DNA from: Salpingoeca rosetta
Lineage: Eukaryota > Protista > Choanoflagellata
Length of the DNA: 64,000 nt
NCBI GenBank assembly: GCA_033442325.1
Contig: JAWQFM010000033.1
Coordinates: 238,973 to 302,972, forward strand
Reading direction: 5' to 3'
The translations under genes and the position numbers were made by a program. The notes under the pieces are model-generated. The model made no database searches. It had not been told where the DNA came from and saw only the letters and a program-made list of their open reading frames with translations. Position 1 is the stretch's first letter, and each line of letters starts with the position of its first letter. Below are positions 42,624 through 55,717 of this stretch, in pieces.

Positions 42624-42783
42624 CACACAAGCAAGCCAACCAACACACACACACACACGCGCGCGCGCGCTCTCTCTCTCTCTCTCTCCGTCTCTCACCT
42701 GCTTCGATTTTCGTGCTGCACCACAGACAAATACTGCGGCTGTCTGGCGCAATGGACGCCTCGCTGTCCGGGCAAAACGCCAT
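32461..42783 (-). CDS. PARP: PARP1-like poly(ADP-ribose) polymerase: zf-PARP (partial, gap), BRCT, charged linker, WGR, regulatory and catalytic domains, low-complexity tail
   Basis: Exon 42783-42699 gives [12 protein letters not shown] (zf-PARP start). BRCT-like [16 protein letters not shown]...[35 protein letters not shown]...FCRWGRVG...KFKKQTG. Regulatory [19 protein letters not shown]...[10 protein letters not shown]. Catalytic [55 protein letters not shown] (H-Y-E triad intact). Stop at 32461. Confidence 0.95.
34791..34802 (-). other. 12-nt microexon of the PARP gene (TG TTT GGA AAA G)
   Basis: Context ttcgtcag|TGTTTGGAAAAG|gtgagg encodes (M)FGK(G). It joins in phase to exon 34506-34395 (GC GTG TAC TTT GCG = GVYFA). 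Confidence 0.9.
35046..35046 (-). other. Predicted single-nucleotide exon (A) of the PARP gene
   Basis: The minus strand reads a pyrimidine-rich tract, then cccccag|A|gtaagt. It supplies the A of the ATG in TGY-M-FGKG. Flanking introns are 35047-35275 and 34803-35045, both GT-AG and of typical size. Confidence 0.8.
41941..42517. other. Assembly gap probably hiding PARP zinc-finger exon(s)
   Basis: 577 Ns. Exon 1 ends in phase 1, the next clear exon (41719) starts in phase 0, and the HxxC half of the finger is not clearly assignable. Confidence 0.95.
42543..42620. repeat. (CT)n microsatellite in PARP intron 1
   Basis: Directly visible next to the assembly gap. Confidence 0.9.
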
Positions 42784-43203
42784 CGTGCCCGTGGTGGGTG
42801 TGTGGGTGTGCTCGTAGCTTGCTTGGCTTTGGTGGTGGGTTGGTTGGTTGGTTGGTTGGTTGGTTGGTTGGTTGGTTGGTTGGTTGGTTGGTTGGTTGGT
42901 TGGTTGGTTGGTTGGTTTGTGGGTTCGTCGACCTTTGCTTGTATCTTTGTTGTTGGTTTGAATGTTGCTGCTGCTCTTCATTTCACCAACACAAACAAGT
43001 GCCTTCCTCTTCCTCTTCCTCTTCCACACGAACATGAACAAGCAACACACCACCATCACCACCATCGCTCCCCAACGCCACCGCTCCTTCCGTTTCGAAT
43101 TTCCCGCCGTCTCAAGCCCTTTTTGTGGTGTCGTCTACTGACATTGATGACTCATCGTCGCCATTTTTTTTGCTTCTCTTGGCAAGCAAGCACAACAACG
43201 ACG
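42784..43203. promoter_or_regulatory. Probable bidirectional promoter/5'UTR region between the PARP and MAPK genes
   Basis: The divergent ATGs at 42783 (-) and 43204 (+) are only 420 nt apart. The region contains a (GGTT)n tract. No TSS is visible from sequence alone. Confidence 0.55.
42836..42916. repeat. (GGTT)n tetranucleotide microsatellite
   Basis: About 20 tandem TTGG units between the divergent PARP and MAPK starts. Confidence 0.95.
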
Positions 43204-43355
43204 ATGGGAGACAGCAGAGGGACTGAGGATGAGTTCGATGTGCCTTCGTGCTACACAGACTTGCATGTCATCGGCTACGGCACCTACGGGTATGAAACCA
43301 CCAACCCCCAACCCGCGCCCGCATAAAGAACTGCCACGTTGGCATGTGATTGTGT

Positions 43356-43419
<64 letters not shown>

Positions 43420-44538
43420 TGTGAGTTTGCTTTGGTTGGTGTTTGTGTGTGGTCGCCAGGGGGTCGTAACTGTGCCTCCTGTTCTTTTCCTGGTGTCACA
43501 ACAGCGTACACACACACACACACACACACGTAAACACACACACATACACACACAAACGCGCGCACACACACAAACCTAAACCCAGTGAGGTGAGGGAAGC
43601 CAAGGTCGTGGAGGGAGCAACGCGGCCCGACAATGCCTACTTTCTACGCCTGGAGCCCGGAAAGGTGTGATGTGACCACCAGTGATGCTTGCATTGACTC
43701 AAACTGTGCTGCTGTTGATGTTGCCACGCCGTGTCTTGTTGATGTAACTCACACAGAATTGTCTGCCTTCCGCCGTTTTGTCACAGATGGTGGCCATCAA
43801 GCGGCTGAAGCGCGACCTCGTGTACCGCGACAGCTATCACGCCAAGAAGGTGTTCAGAGAGATCACCCTCCTCAAGCAGGTGCGTGTGCTGATGTTTTGT
43901 TGCGATTGTTGTCTTTGTCTCTCTCTGTCTGTGTGCGCCTGTCCATGTGTGTCTGTTTGCTTGCCTGCGTGTCTGTGGATTTATATCTCTGTCTGTCTGT
44001 GTGTATCTGCGTTCGGTTGTTTGTCTGTTGCGTGTGTGTGAGATTCGTTCCAGCGGAATACACCGATGCTCATCAGCCACCATCCTCCATGTGGTCTTTT
44101 CGTACCCAATACGTCCTTCACGGCCACCTTTCACAGCTGATACACGAGAACGTGGTGAAGCTGGTTGACCTGTACATCTCCGACGCGCGTGACATCTACA
44201 TCATCACAGAGAAGATGGTGTGTATCTTTGACGCGGGTTGACTGGCCGTGATGGCGCGTGTTTGAGTTGGTCACTGCCTCACACCTCACAACACGCACAC
44301 GCACACGCACACGCACACACACACGCACACGCACGCGCGCACGCACACCCCTCACCGTCTTCAAACGTCCTTCACTCCGCACTTCTTCCCCTCTTCAGGA
44401 CTGCGATCTGTCGAATATTCTGATTCCCTCGTTTGAGATGAACGACGCGATGGTGCAGTACATCCTGTATGGCATCATGCGCGGCCTCAAATACATCCAC
44501 TCCGCAGGTGCCCATTGGTGGTGGTCGATGTTGGAGTT

Positions 44539-44584
<46 letters not shown>

Positions 44585-45195
44585 TTATGTGTGTGTGTGT
44601 TTGTGTGTACTTGTTTGCTCATGCACATCCAAGCAAGATACCATCGTCAAGTACTGACAACCGCCCACGCTGACTCGCGCTGATGCCGCTGCCTTTGTGC
44701 ACGTGTGAACTGCAGGTGTGATCCACCGCGATTTGAAACCAAGCAATATCCTCCTCAACTCCTCCCTCGACGTGAGCAGTGTGGTGCTTCGTGGGCGGTG
44801 GCAGTGATGGTGCACGGTGCATAGTGCACTGCAAATGCACACACACACACACACACACATTCACTGTCACTCATTGACTTGCTCACTCACACACTCCCAT
44901 TCACGCAACAACAACAACCCCCCTCTACCATCCGCTTCCCTTCCATCTCCACATCTCCCCCCCCCCCCGTCATCGCCCCGGTGCACCAGGCGCGCATCTG
45001 CGACTTTGGGCTGGCGCGCAGCTCGAGCCAGACGACGCTGGCAACGGGGTATGTCACCACCCGCTGGTACCGGGCACCCGAGGTCATGCTCACGTGGCGG
45101 CACTACACGGAGGCGCTTGACATGTGGTCAGGTGCGTGCTCCCGGCATGGTGGTGGTGGTGGTGGTGGTGTGTCTGTGTCTGTGTGCGTGCGTGC

Positions 45196-45281
<86 letters not shown>

Positions 45282-45454
45282 GCGCCCCAGAGCCCGAGAG
45301 ACAGAGTTTGCCTCTATCTTTTCGGNNNNNNNNNNNNNNNNNNNNNNNNNNNNNNNNNNNNNNNNNNNNNNNNNNNNNNNNNNNNNNNNNNNNNNNNNNN
45401 NNNNNNNNNNNNNNNNNNNNNNNNNTGTGTGTGTGTGTGTGTGTGTAGTGTGTG

Positions 45455-45507
<53 letters not shown>

Positions 45508-45510
45508 TCG

Positions 45511-45543
<33 letters not shown>

Positions 45544-46679
45544 GCTGTGTGTGTCTGTGAATGGGGAGTCCTGGCTTGCAATTTCTCAAATCATCGTCAA
45601 CAAACAAACACCACCACCACCACCACCACCACCAGTGGGCTGCATCTTTGGCGAGATGCTGAACAAGGTACGCAACTACATCACTGCCACGTCGCGCGAC
45701 CCCAACACGGGCGAGGTCACGCCGCTGTACGCGCTCTTCCCGGCAGAGTCGCACGTGGACCACCTGGAGAAGATTATGATGATTGTTGGCCCGCCCCCAC
45801 CCGAAGTTGTCGAAGCGACAACAGACTCCCATATCGCCGTGTTTCTCCGAGACAAGGTGCGCGCTCCCTGTCTTGCTTGGCTGATGAACACACGTGCCGC
45901 TGCTACTGCTGGTGGTGGTGGTTGCGGTGGTAATGGTGTTAGTGGCGCTCGTGGAAGCGGTGGTGTTGTCGCTGTCTGGTTTGAATGTGCTCGATGGAGC
46001 CGCTGACTCGCCTTTCCATTCGTGCACCATCTCCCACCACGACTTCATTTACCACCACCACCACCAACAACACCACCACCCCCCGCCCATGACCAGGTGG
46101 AGCAGCTGCGGGAGAGCGCGTCGAGCATCGAGCAGTACTTCAGCAACGTCGACAGCACCGCCACCTCCATGATTGTCGGTCTTCTCAACTTCAACCCGGC
46201 ACACCGCTTCCACGCCGCACACGCCCTCGTCAGTCCCCTCCCCGTCGTGTGTGTGTGTGTCTGTCTGTCTGTGTCTGTGTGTCTGTGTATCTGTATCTTG
46301 GTGTGTGTGTGTGTCTGTGTGTGTCTGTATCTCAGTGTGCGTGTGTGTCTGTGCGTTGTTGTTGGCGTCGGCGTCTTTGTCGTCTTTTCTACAGTTTAGC
46401 TTTGCTAATAATCACGGTGCTCATTCGTATCGACACACACACACGCACAACTCGACACACACACACATACCCTCTTCTCACTTCCCTTCCCCCCCCGCCT
46501 CTTGTCGACCAACGCGCATGGCAGGAGCACCCGTACCTGAGCAAATACCACGAGCCATCGGAGGAACACGTGCGCACAGAGATCAACCGCGACTTTGAGC
46601 TGATTGAGCTCTCCCTGGACAACTGGGGCCGATACATCGCACGCGTACGCACAGCACATTGCGAAAAGCGGGGTGGTGG

Positions 46680-46763
<84 letters not shown>

Positions 46764-47750
46764 GGGTCTAGTGGTGGTCGTGGCCGTGAACATCGTGGTG
46801 TCTTGCATCTGAGCCCTTACGTGCATCTATCTGTGTCCTAGTGCAACGTCGCTGCTTGGTGCAATGGCAGATGAACAGCCTGCCCCACCAAATCACCAAC
46901 ACTTTGCCGCCGTTGTTGCTGCTGCTGCTGCTGCTGCTGTTGTTGTTGTTGCTGTTGTTACGAATGCTCAGGAGGAGGTGAACATGCACCAGGTGGACTC
47001 GGGCGAATTTGTGCCGGACCCCAACACACACGTCCACGCCGCCGTGCACAACCCTTTGCAACAGCCACGTACAAATGCGCGTAAGTGCACGTGAATCGTA
47101 CGTGATTGCATCCCGGTATCATTCTGTGTGCATGAAACCCTTTGTACAAACACTCACACATACACACAGCAAACAACCTCGTAAATACTTACGCACAAAT
47201 ACACACATCTTCCACATACTCACACGCATGCATTCATACACACATCAACGTCCTCATACACGTGCACACATGCCCACACTCACCACATACACATACACAC
47301 ACACATGCACGCATCCACGTACACACCGACACTCACTCACTCACTCACTCACCTCCCACCCTCCTCCGCACCTCCTGTGGGGAAGCAGTGCCCATGCCGG
47401 ACTTTGGCCCGTCTGTGCCTTCAGACTATTCGCTTGACGAGGCCCTGCGCGATTTCGAGGCAATGACGGCGCAGATGCAGCTGGAGGACCCGGGCAGTAC
47501 CAACCTCCTCGACCTCCCAGATGTCGGAGGTGAATGATCATGGCGGTGGTGACCTTGCTGGTGGTTGTGACCTTGCTGGTGGTGGTGACATTGGTGGTAG
47601 TGGTAGTGGTGGTGGTGTTTGTACTACGACAGCGTATACATACAACACACGCCCGTGCACTCGCACACGCACATGGTCTTTGCGGTTGCTCTGCGCGCGT
47701 GTTTGTTCTCACGCTTCTGTTTGAATCGCACTTGCGCTACACACGCCGGC

Positions 47751-47828
<78 letters not shown>

Positions 47829-47991
47829 TATCAGAGGCGCCACAGGGCCCGAGCGAACAGTTTGCCCTCGACCTTCCGGATCGCATGCCATCACTGTAAG
47901 GCCACGTCAGCCCGTCACCTCCTGCTCGATCACATGCATGCCTGGGTGGGCCGCCCCTTTTCAACGAGAGCACGCACCCAACACGCGCGCA

Positions 47992-48029
<38 letters not shown>

Positions 48030-48510
48030 GCTCTTGACGGTGACCGCCTGAACCGATATCTTACCCTCCCCTCCCTCCCCCCCCCCCTCCTTTTCTTCGT
48101 GCATCCAGGGCGCTGGAGAACGAACTGATGAGCCTTGAGGACGATCGACGCTACCTCCAGGACCAGCTCACAGATGACGCTGTCGCAGACCCGTCCCGCG
48201 TACGTGACACGCGCACTTACACACGTGTTTGTTGTGATGTGCGTGTGTGGTGTGCATTCAGAGTCACACACAGCGCACTCACTCACTCACTCACTCACTC
48301 ACTCACTCACTCACTCACTCATTCACTCACTCACACACACACACTCACACACACACACACTCACTCACTCACTCACTCGCTCTCCAACACCCCCTGCCCC
48401 CCCCCTCCTCCGCTCACACACGATTCACTCTGCAGCTCTTGGTCGGGCTCTCGGAAGTTGATGCAGAACTGGAGCTTGCTCAACAACGCACACACCATGA
48501 CACCACATGA
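43204..48510 (+). CDS. p38/Hog1-type stress-activated MAP kinase (TGY activation loop) with C-terminal extension; 15 exons
   Basis: Exons give [79 protein letters not shown]...[36 protein letters not shown] and the CD-like [13 protein letters not shown]. All phases are consistent to the stop at 48510. Confidence 0.93.
45326..45425. other. Assembly gap in a MAPK intron
   Basis: 100 Ns. The flanking exons join as DMWS-VGCIF, so nothing coding is missing. Confidence 0.99.
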
Positions 48511-48864
48511 CAGCGCGCATTACAACGCACGCTCTCGCAACTGATGCCGTTTCCTTCTTTCCTTGCATTGCAACCCCCCCCCCAAACACACACACACACA
48601 CACACAGACACACACGCTGCCACCACCAGCTACCCCTGCCACAAACAATTCCCTGGGTTATATCGTGTCTTTGACTGGTGCACCAAATTCGTATCTTGTT
48701 CACCACATGCATATGTGCACCCTCCGTCTCCCCACCTTTGCTTGCGCTCTTGTGTACAACAACTAAATGCCCCCTAGTTTCGTGATGAGATATCTCAGTC
48801 TCACCATACACAGTCACACACACACACACACTCTCTCTCTCACACACATTCACACACTCACTCA

Positions 48865-48958
<94 letters not shown>

Positions 48959-49396
48959 CGCATACACACACACACACTCTCTCTCTCTCTCTGTCTCTCT
49001 CTCCCTCCCTCTCTTTCTATCTGTCTCCGTCTGGCCGGGTTGTTGGTTTAGAGGTGCTTTGGGCTGTGGTTGTTTTGCGGTGTGGCCGACCGGGAACGGC
49101 GCTGATTTGCCAATTGTACTTCCAGCAAAGTTGTTGTGTCGATTGACGCCCCTCATTGCCCTCCCTGCACACGTGTACCCCAGATCAGACATCACAGAGA
49201 GACCATCGCTCCCTCATAGCATTGCCCGAGTCCCTGGCTCAGCTTTTGCCCGTCAAAGCAGACACAACAAAAATGGTGTCCCCACTACACATAATTTGCA
49301 CAGAACCCGTCGCAGCGAATTTTCTTTCGGTCCCTCATAGTTGCTTCTCCCCATTACCTCCCCTCCCGAGATCTCGTGCAAGCGTGCAGCGCCGCT

Positions 49397-52300
49397 ATGG
49401 AGACCCCATTCCCTAACCCCTCTGCGTCTGGCTCGACCCGAAGCGTGGTACGTGTTGATGTGGTTATTAAGGTGCACAGCACACAGTACCGAGCGCGCAC
49501 GAACGCACACATTGATCGACTCTCATCGTGCGTGTTCCGCGCTGCTCGCCTGATCTGGTACACTGTGTCTACAGCAAGCTCCTTGCTCAAACAAACACAC
49601 ACCCATACCCACACCCATTCCCTCATAACACCCGCGATCACGCACAAGCACACGCCATATCACACACATACACGCACACACATACACACATACAATCACA
49701 TCACCCACCTCCGCACACATATACACACATTCGTGTGCACACACACACACACACGCTGCAAACGCACGCATTTGACAACATCACACGCACGCGCATACAC
49801 ACGCACGCACATATTCGTTCACACGCGGCGTAAGTTTGTCTACACATCACACACCGCACACGCCGACAGCATACGTGCGCCTGCAGATCGCACCGCACCC
49901 ACACACACGCACATTCATACATACACGCACACATGCACACACACACACACACATGTACGTGAGCTCACCCTTCTTCCAATTGCCATCGGTGTGTTGCTTA
50001 TTTACTCGTCTGCAGGCGACCTCAGAAGACACGCCGAGCGCACATAGCGAACCGCCAAGCCTTACCCCCTCCGACAGCAACCCGCCCACAACCGCCAACA
50101 CAGCAACAAAAGCAGACACAGCAACAACCGCCGACACAGCAACAACAGCAGACGCAGCAACAACACAGAGTGGTAGCACAACACACTCTCCTCAACCCAC
50201 CTCCGCATCGGCACCTTCAAGCACCGCCATGTCGTCGTCCTCGGCGGCGACGCGGACCACCAAGCACCGCAATCGATGCAGCTTCTTCGGGTGCTGGCGC
50301 AAGGACCGAGACATGACCGACGGCGCCGTGCACATTGGCAAGATGCGACGAGAAGAAATCCTCCTGGGCCCAGGTGGATGGCCCGCCCCGCAGTCGTTTG
50401 AAGCCAAGTGCCGCTTCGACCGGGAGCTCTCCAAGGCTCGTGCCGTCGTCTGCGCATCCCATTTGAACGCAAAGGGCAGAGATAAGCGCACGCGTCGCAG
50501 CCGCAAGCCATTTTCGCCAACCGACTTTGTTCCAATGCATCGTTCCGTTGACCACGACCAAGACGAGCAGCAGCAGCAGCAACAACAATCGCACGCACAG
50601 CAGCAGCAGCAGCAGCAGCATCTGCCGCCGCAAGCATCGCAAGCCACATCGGCTTTCCTCCCCGCCGGTGCACAACATGGGGGCATGCAAAACGCGAGCG
50701 AATATGGCCACCCTTTCACCGCACAGCCCAGTGTCTTTCGGCATCCTCAACCACATGTATCTTCGATGATGCAGGATGCCACACTCTCCCGACCGCTTGC
50801 GCAACAGCCATCGTTGAGTCAGAACGTGCTGAGCTCGTTGTTATCGGCCATGTACCAGCCATCCCAACAGCAGCAACAACAACAACAGCCACAACAACAA
50901 CAGCAACAACAACAGCAGCAGCAGCAGCTTCAGCAGCAACAACAACGGTACCAACAACACATGCAGCTGTCGCAGATGCAGATAGGGGGCCAACAGCAAA
51001 CCGGCTTCGGCCATTCCCAACAGCACTATGCACAACCGCACCGGCAGCAGCAGCAGTATAGCAGCCAGCACTACGCGCATCAGCAGCAGCTGCAAGGCAT
51101 GCTGCAACAACAAATCGAACAACTCCAACAGCAGCAGCAGCAGCAGCAGCAGCGAGCCCAACAACAGCAGCAACAAGCCCAACAACAGCAGGTGCAGCAG
51201 GCACACGGACTGACATTGGATTATGCAGCGCGGTTCTCATCGGCACTGCGCACGTCCATGACATCACAGCAGCAGCAGCAACAGCAGCAGCAGTGGCAGC
51301 AGCGTGCTAGCAACACCGTATCCTCATCGTCTCAACGAAACCCACTCAACCAGCACGGCTCGCGGCAGCTACAGCTGGCGCCAGCTCAAGCGCGAGCACG
51401 CAAGGATGAACGCACGAGCCAGCATCCCCTGCAGAGAGAACGGCAACGAGAACAGCAGCAGCAAGAGCAGCAAGAACAACAGCAGCAAGAGCAACAAGAA
51501 CAACAGCAGCAAGAGCAGCAAGAACAACAGCAGCAAGAGCAACAAGCGCAGGAACAATCGTCCACCCTTGACTCTGCCTCTCCCGTGGACGAACAAGACA
51601 GCAACGCGAGCGACGACCGCAATCGCAACGACGTTGATGACGATGGTGGTAGTGGTGCCGATGGCCCTGATGGGCAGCGAGAGGGGGAGGACGGCAGTAG
51701 CTCCCAGCAGGTGAGCGTGAACAGTGACAGTCCCTCCAGCAGTGACAGCGGCGGCAACGGCAAGCGGGGCTCAACAAAGACATACAAGAAGGCTGCCTGC
51801 AGCACAAGCAGTATCAACAGCACAAGCAGCAGCGGCAGCAGCAACAGCAACAGCGGGTCCGGCAGTAGCACAACCCGCCTTGCCCGTGTCTTGCACACCC
51901 TGCGCGACAAAGCAGATGACCCAGATGCAACCGCCACCCCAACGGCCACTCACGCTCCGACATCAGGAAGAGGGGCCAACACATCAGCCGCAACCCAAGA
52001 CAACGCCAAGCAGGATGCAACAGCTTCTGCACCAACGAAACCCACGGCGGCAACAGCAACGCTGCAACCACCACCACTGCAGCCGACGGGTTCAGCAGTG
52101 AAGCGCGATGGCATCCGAGGCGGGGCAGGTGTTGATTACCACACACAGGTGGTTGAGGAGACGCTTGAAGCACTTGCAAAGAGCAAACGGCCCCAGGACA
52201 CTGTGGCCGTGACGCTGGTCGCCAATGTGCAGCGCACTGGCGGTCAGCAGACAGTGGCTGTTGCGCAGCAGAAGAAGGTGCGTGGCGGCGTGGGTGGTGA

Positions 52301-53964
52301 CTTGGATGCTGGGTTGGAGTTGGCAGGCGCGTTTCGAAAGCGCGACGGAGACTTGGGCGGTGGCCAGGATGATGACGACGACGATGATGGCGTGGCTAGC
52401 AGCAGCAGTAACGGCAACAGCAATAGCAACAGCAACACCAACGGCAGCAGTGGAAGCGGCAGCAGCAGCAACAACAATGCCATGCATGTGCATTCCTCAT
52501 CGTCTTCAAGCACGACCAACTCCAACGGTCACAACCAGCGGCTTGCTTCCGGTACATCTGGCATTTCCTCTGGCACGGGCGCGTCCCACCCAGACTCTGC
52601 GTCGTCATCGTCCCTCGCCACCAACACCCCCTCCAACGCAGCACCGCCCACAGCCACATGCACGGGCGAAGGCAGTGGCAGCACAAGCAGCCGCCCTCAC
52701 AGTGCAAACAGCAGCAACAGCGGCGGCCGTGACGGTGCTGATGGTGCTGACGGTGCTGGTGGACATGGTGATCGTCACGAGCGAAGTGGCAGGAAAGGAA
52801 GCAGCAGTAGCAATAGCAGTAGTAGCAGCAGCAGCATCAATAACAACGCTGCCACCACCAACAATGCTGGAGCGCGGCTCGCACCGCGCGGGCACCAGCG
52901 CATGCAGCCGCATGACCACCTGAGGCGAAAAGTGTTTCGCCACCACAAGCATGATGCTCCTTCAAAGCAAGAGGCGGCGTCGTCGTCGTCATCATCGTCG
53001 TCATCACTCAACGTGCCGCCTTCTCAAGAGGCTGGGGAGGCCCTGCTCAGTCAACACATTCGACACAGGCGGCATCACGCCGAACAAGCACATCGAACAG
53101 GAGCCGTACACCATCACCACCAGAAGAGCCAGCAACGGCAGCACCACTACCACCAACAGCAGCTGCAGCATCACCGCACGCACCATCACCAGCATCACCG
53201 CGGCGGTGCTCGTGGGGACGGGCAGGACCAGGCGGCCATGGGCAGTCACGCGGGTCGTTGGCGCGAACAGGACAGGCAGTGCCACATTGACGGCAAGCAC
53301 AAAGGCAGCAGCACCAGCACCAGCAGCAACACGTCGACCAACAGCAGCAGCGACGATGTGCGGCGCGTTGGCGGCAGTGGCAGGGGCACGCTAGCAGCGG
53401 CATCAGCAGCAACTACACCTGCGGCGGGCAGCAGCCAGGCCAATCCATCTCGGACAGCTGCGTCTGACAATGCTGCGTCCTCCACAGCGCCACCAGCAGT
53501 CGGCACGCGAAACCGCAACTCAGGAGGTGCACGATCAATCCCAACCCAACAGCAACAGCAACATGAGCAGGAAGACGAGCAAGAGGAGGGACGGCAGCAG
53601 CAAGTGCGGCAGCGGGTGGTGCAAGGTTTTGAAGATGACTCTGCTGAGCATGAAGCGACGTCACCTGCATCGGGCTTACTCGCCCCGTCATCGTCCCAGG
53701 AGCCACTGGCCAGCATGATGTCTTCGTCATCCTCGTCGTCGGTGCAGCCAGCATCGTCGCCCACCTCTGGCTCAGCATCATCGGTAACAAAGACATCAAC
53801 AGACGACAAGCTGACAACTGCGGTTGCTTCATCGTCATCGCCATCATCGGCCACGCCGCCGACAGCAAAGGGAAACCAGGCAGAAGAAAACAACGAACCA
53901 GGTGAGCAACACCAGCTACCACAGCAGCAAGACGAGCAGCAGCAAGAACAACAACAGCAGCAGC

Positions 53965-54062
<98 letters not shown>

Positions 54063-54786
54063 GAACAACAACAGCAATCACAGCAGCAACAGGAAGAAGA
54101 TGATGAACAGCAAGAGGAGAAAGGGCAAGATGAGGCAGCAGGCGATGATCATGATGATGGGGAAGATAGGGACTCGGGGCAGGACGAAGACCAAGCCCGT
54201 GTGTCGCCGTCATCCTCAACAACATCCTCGTCATCGGTGTCGTCCTCAAGCTCGGGCCGCGCGCCCGTAGCAAAGAAGGCAAGAACTGGGGTGTCTCCAC
54301 CAGATGTGGGCGACGCAGCAGCGACAGCAGCAGCAGCAGCAGCAGCAGCACGTACAGGAGGTGCGGCAGCACCAACAGCACATGCGGCGGCGGCGACAAC
54401 GCGACAGCGTGACAACGCAACTGACACCATCAGCAACATCGACGACGGCAACAGCAACAACGATGAGGACGATGGCATCCCCGCCACGAACAGCAACAAC
54501 AGTGGTGGTGGCACCTCAGATGTGGCCGATGCCATGCACGCAAGCCAACAGCAACACATTCAGCAGCAGCAGCAACGAACAGCAGAGGACACAACAGCGC
54601 AGGCAAGCACACACGCGCACAACATCAACAACAAGGAGCAAGGCGTGCGTCACATGGCAACAACACATGGTCGTGGCCCTCATGTTGGAAAGCCCCTTGC
54701 TGCGAATACATCGGGCGATGGTGGTAGGAATGACGCCAGTGCTGGCCGCCAGCAGGCTGCGCGCGCTGGCATGCAAGAACAACAGC

Positions 54787-54823
<37 letters not shown>

Positions 54824-55658
54824 CGTGGGTAACAGGCGTACCGGCAACAAGCCCCAGGGTGACGCAAGTCACAGCCAGGGAAAGAAGAGGGGTTCGCGTA
54901 GCCGGCGCCGGCAGTCTCGCCGCGAATCCAAAGCCAGCGGCCAATCGACCAACACTGGTGACCAAGCTGACACCGACGCGCGCAACTCGCGCCGACGCCG
55001 GCGTAGTCGTCGCAATCAGAGAAGAAAGCAAGGTCGCAACAACTACAGCAGGCATCACGATAACAGTGGGAACGTGACTGTCAACGATGGCAAGGATAGC
55101 AACAGCGCCGGTGGGCGACCTGTGCGGGGACGAGGCAACAGATCAAGCCGCTACCGCCGCCGTCGCCGCGAGCACGTGCGCTCGCCATCCCTCCTGCGGT
55201 TTCGGCGTCAGTACTTTAACCACCGCCACCACCACGACCCAGCTGTCATCCCACACCACCAGCTGCACCAGGGGCGGCGTGGCCGCAGCATGTCAACAAC
55301 GTCCTCGTCACCGCGGTCGCACTCGTACACGTGCACAAGCTCGACATCCAGCTCACAGCGACACTCTGGCGAGGGCAACGGCGGTGGCGGTGACGGTGGG
55401 ACTGCAGGCACGCACACCCGCCGTGACCGCTCTGGATATGCTGAACTGCCCCCGCGCCGGCGGCGACGCTGGTCGTACAGTGGTAGCTCGCCAAGCACAT
55501 CGCACGACAGCGGACTGCGGGTACTCCAGACAGGGGCGCGTTCGGAGTCACCGCCACAACATGGGGAGCGCAGGCGAACGACAGAGGCAACCGGCACCCG
55601 CAACGCCCGCACCACCAACAACAAAAGCAGCAGCAACAATACCAGCAACAATACCAGC

Positions 55659-55717
<59 letters not shown>

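Noticed and set aside
42836-42916. (GGTT)n as telomeric repeat or CRISPR-like array
   Set aside because: It is an internal simple 4-mer, not TTAGGG; there are no spacers or cas genes, and the context is eukaryotic.
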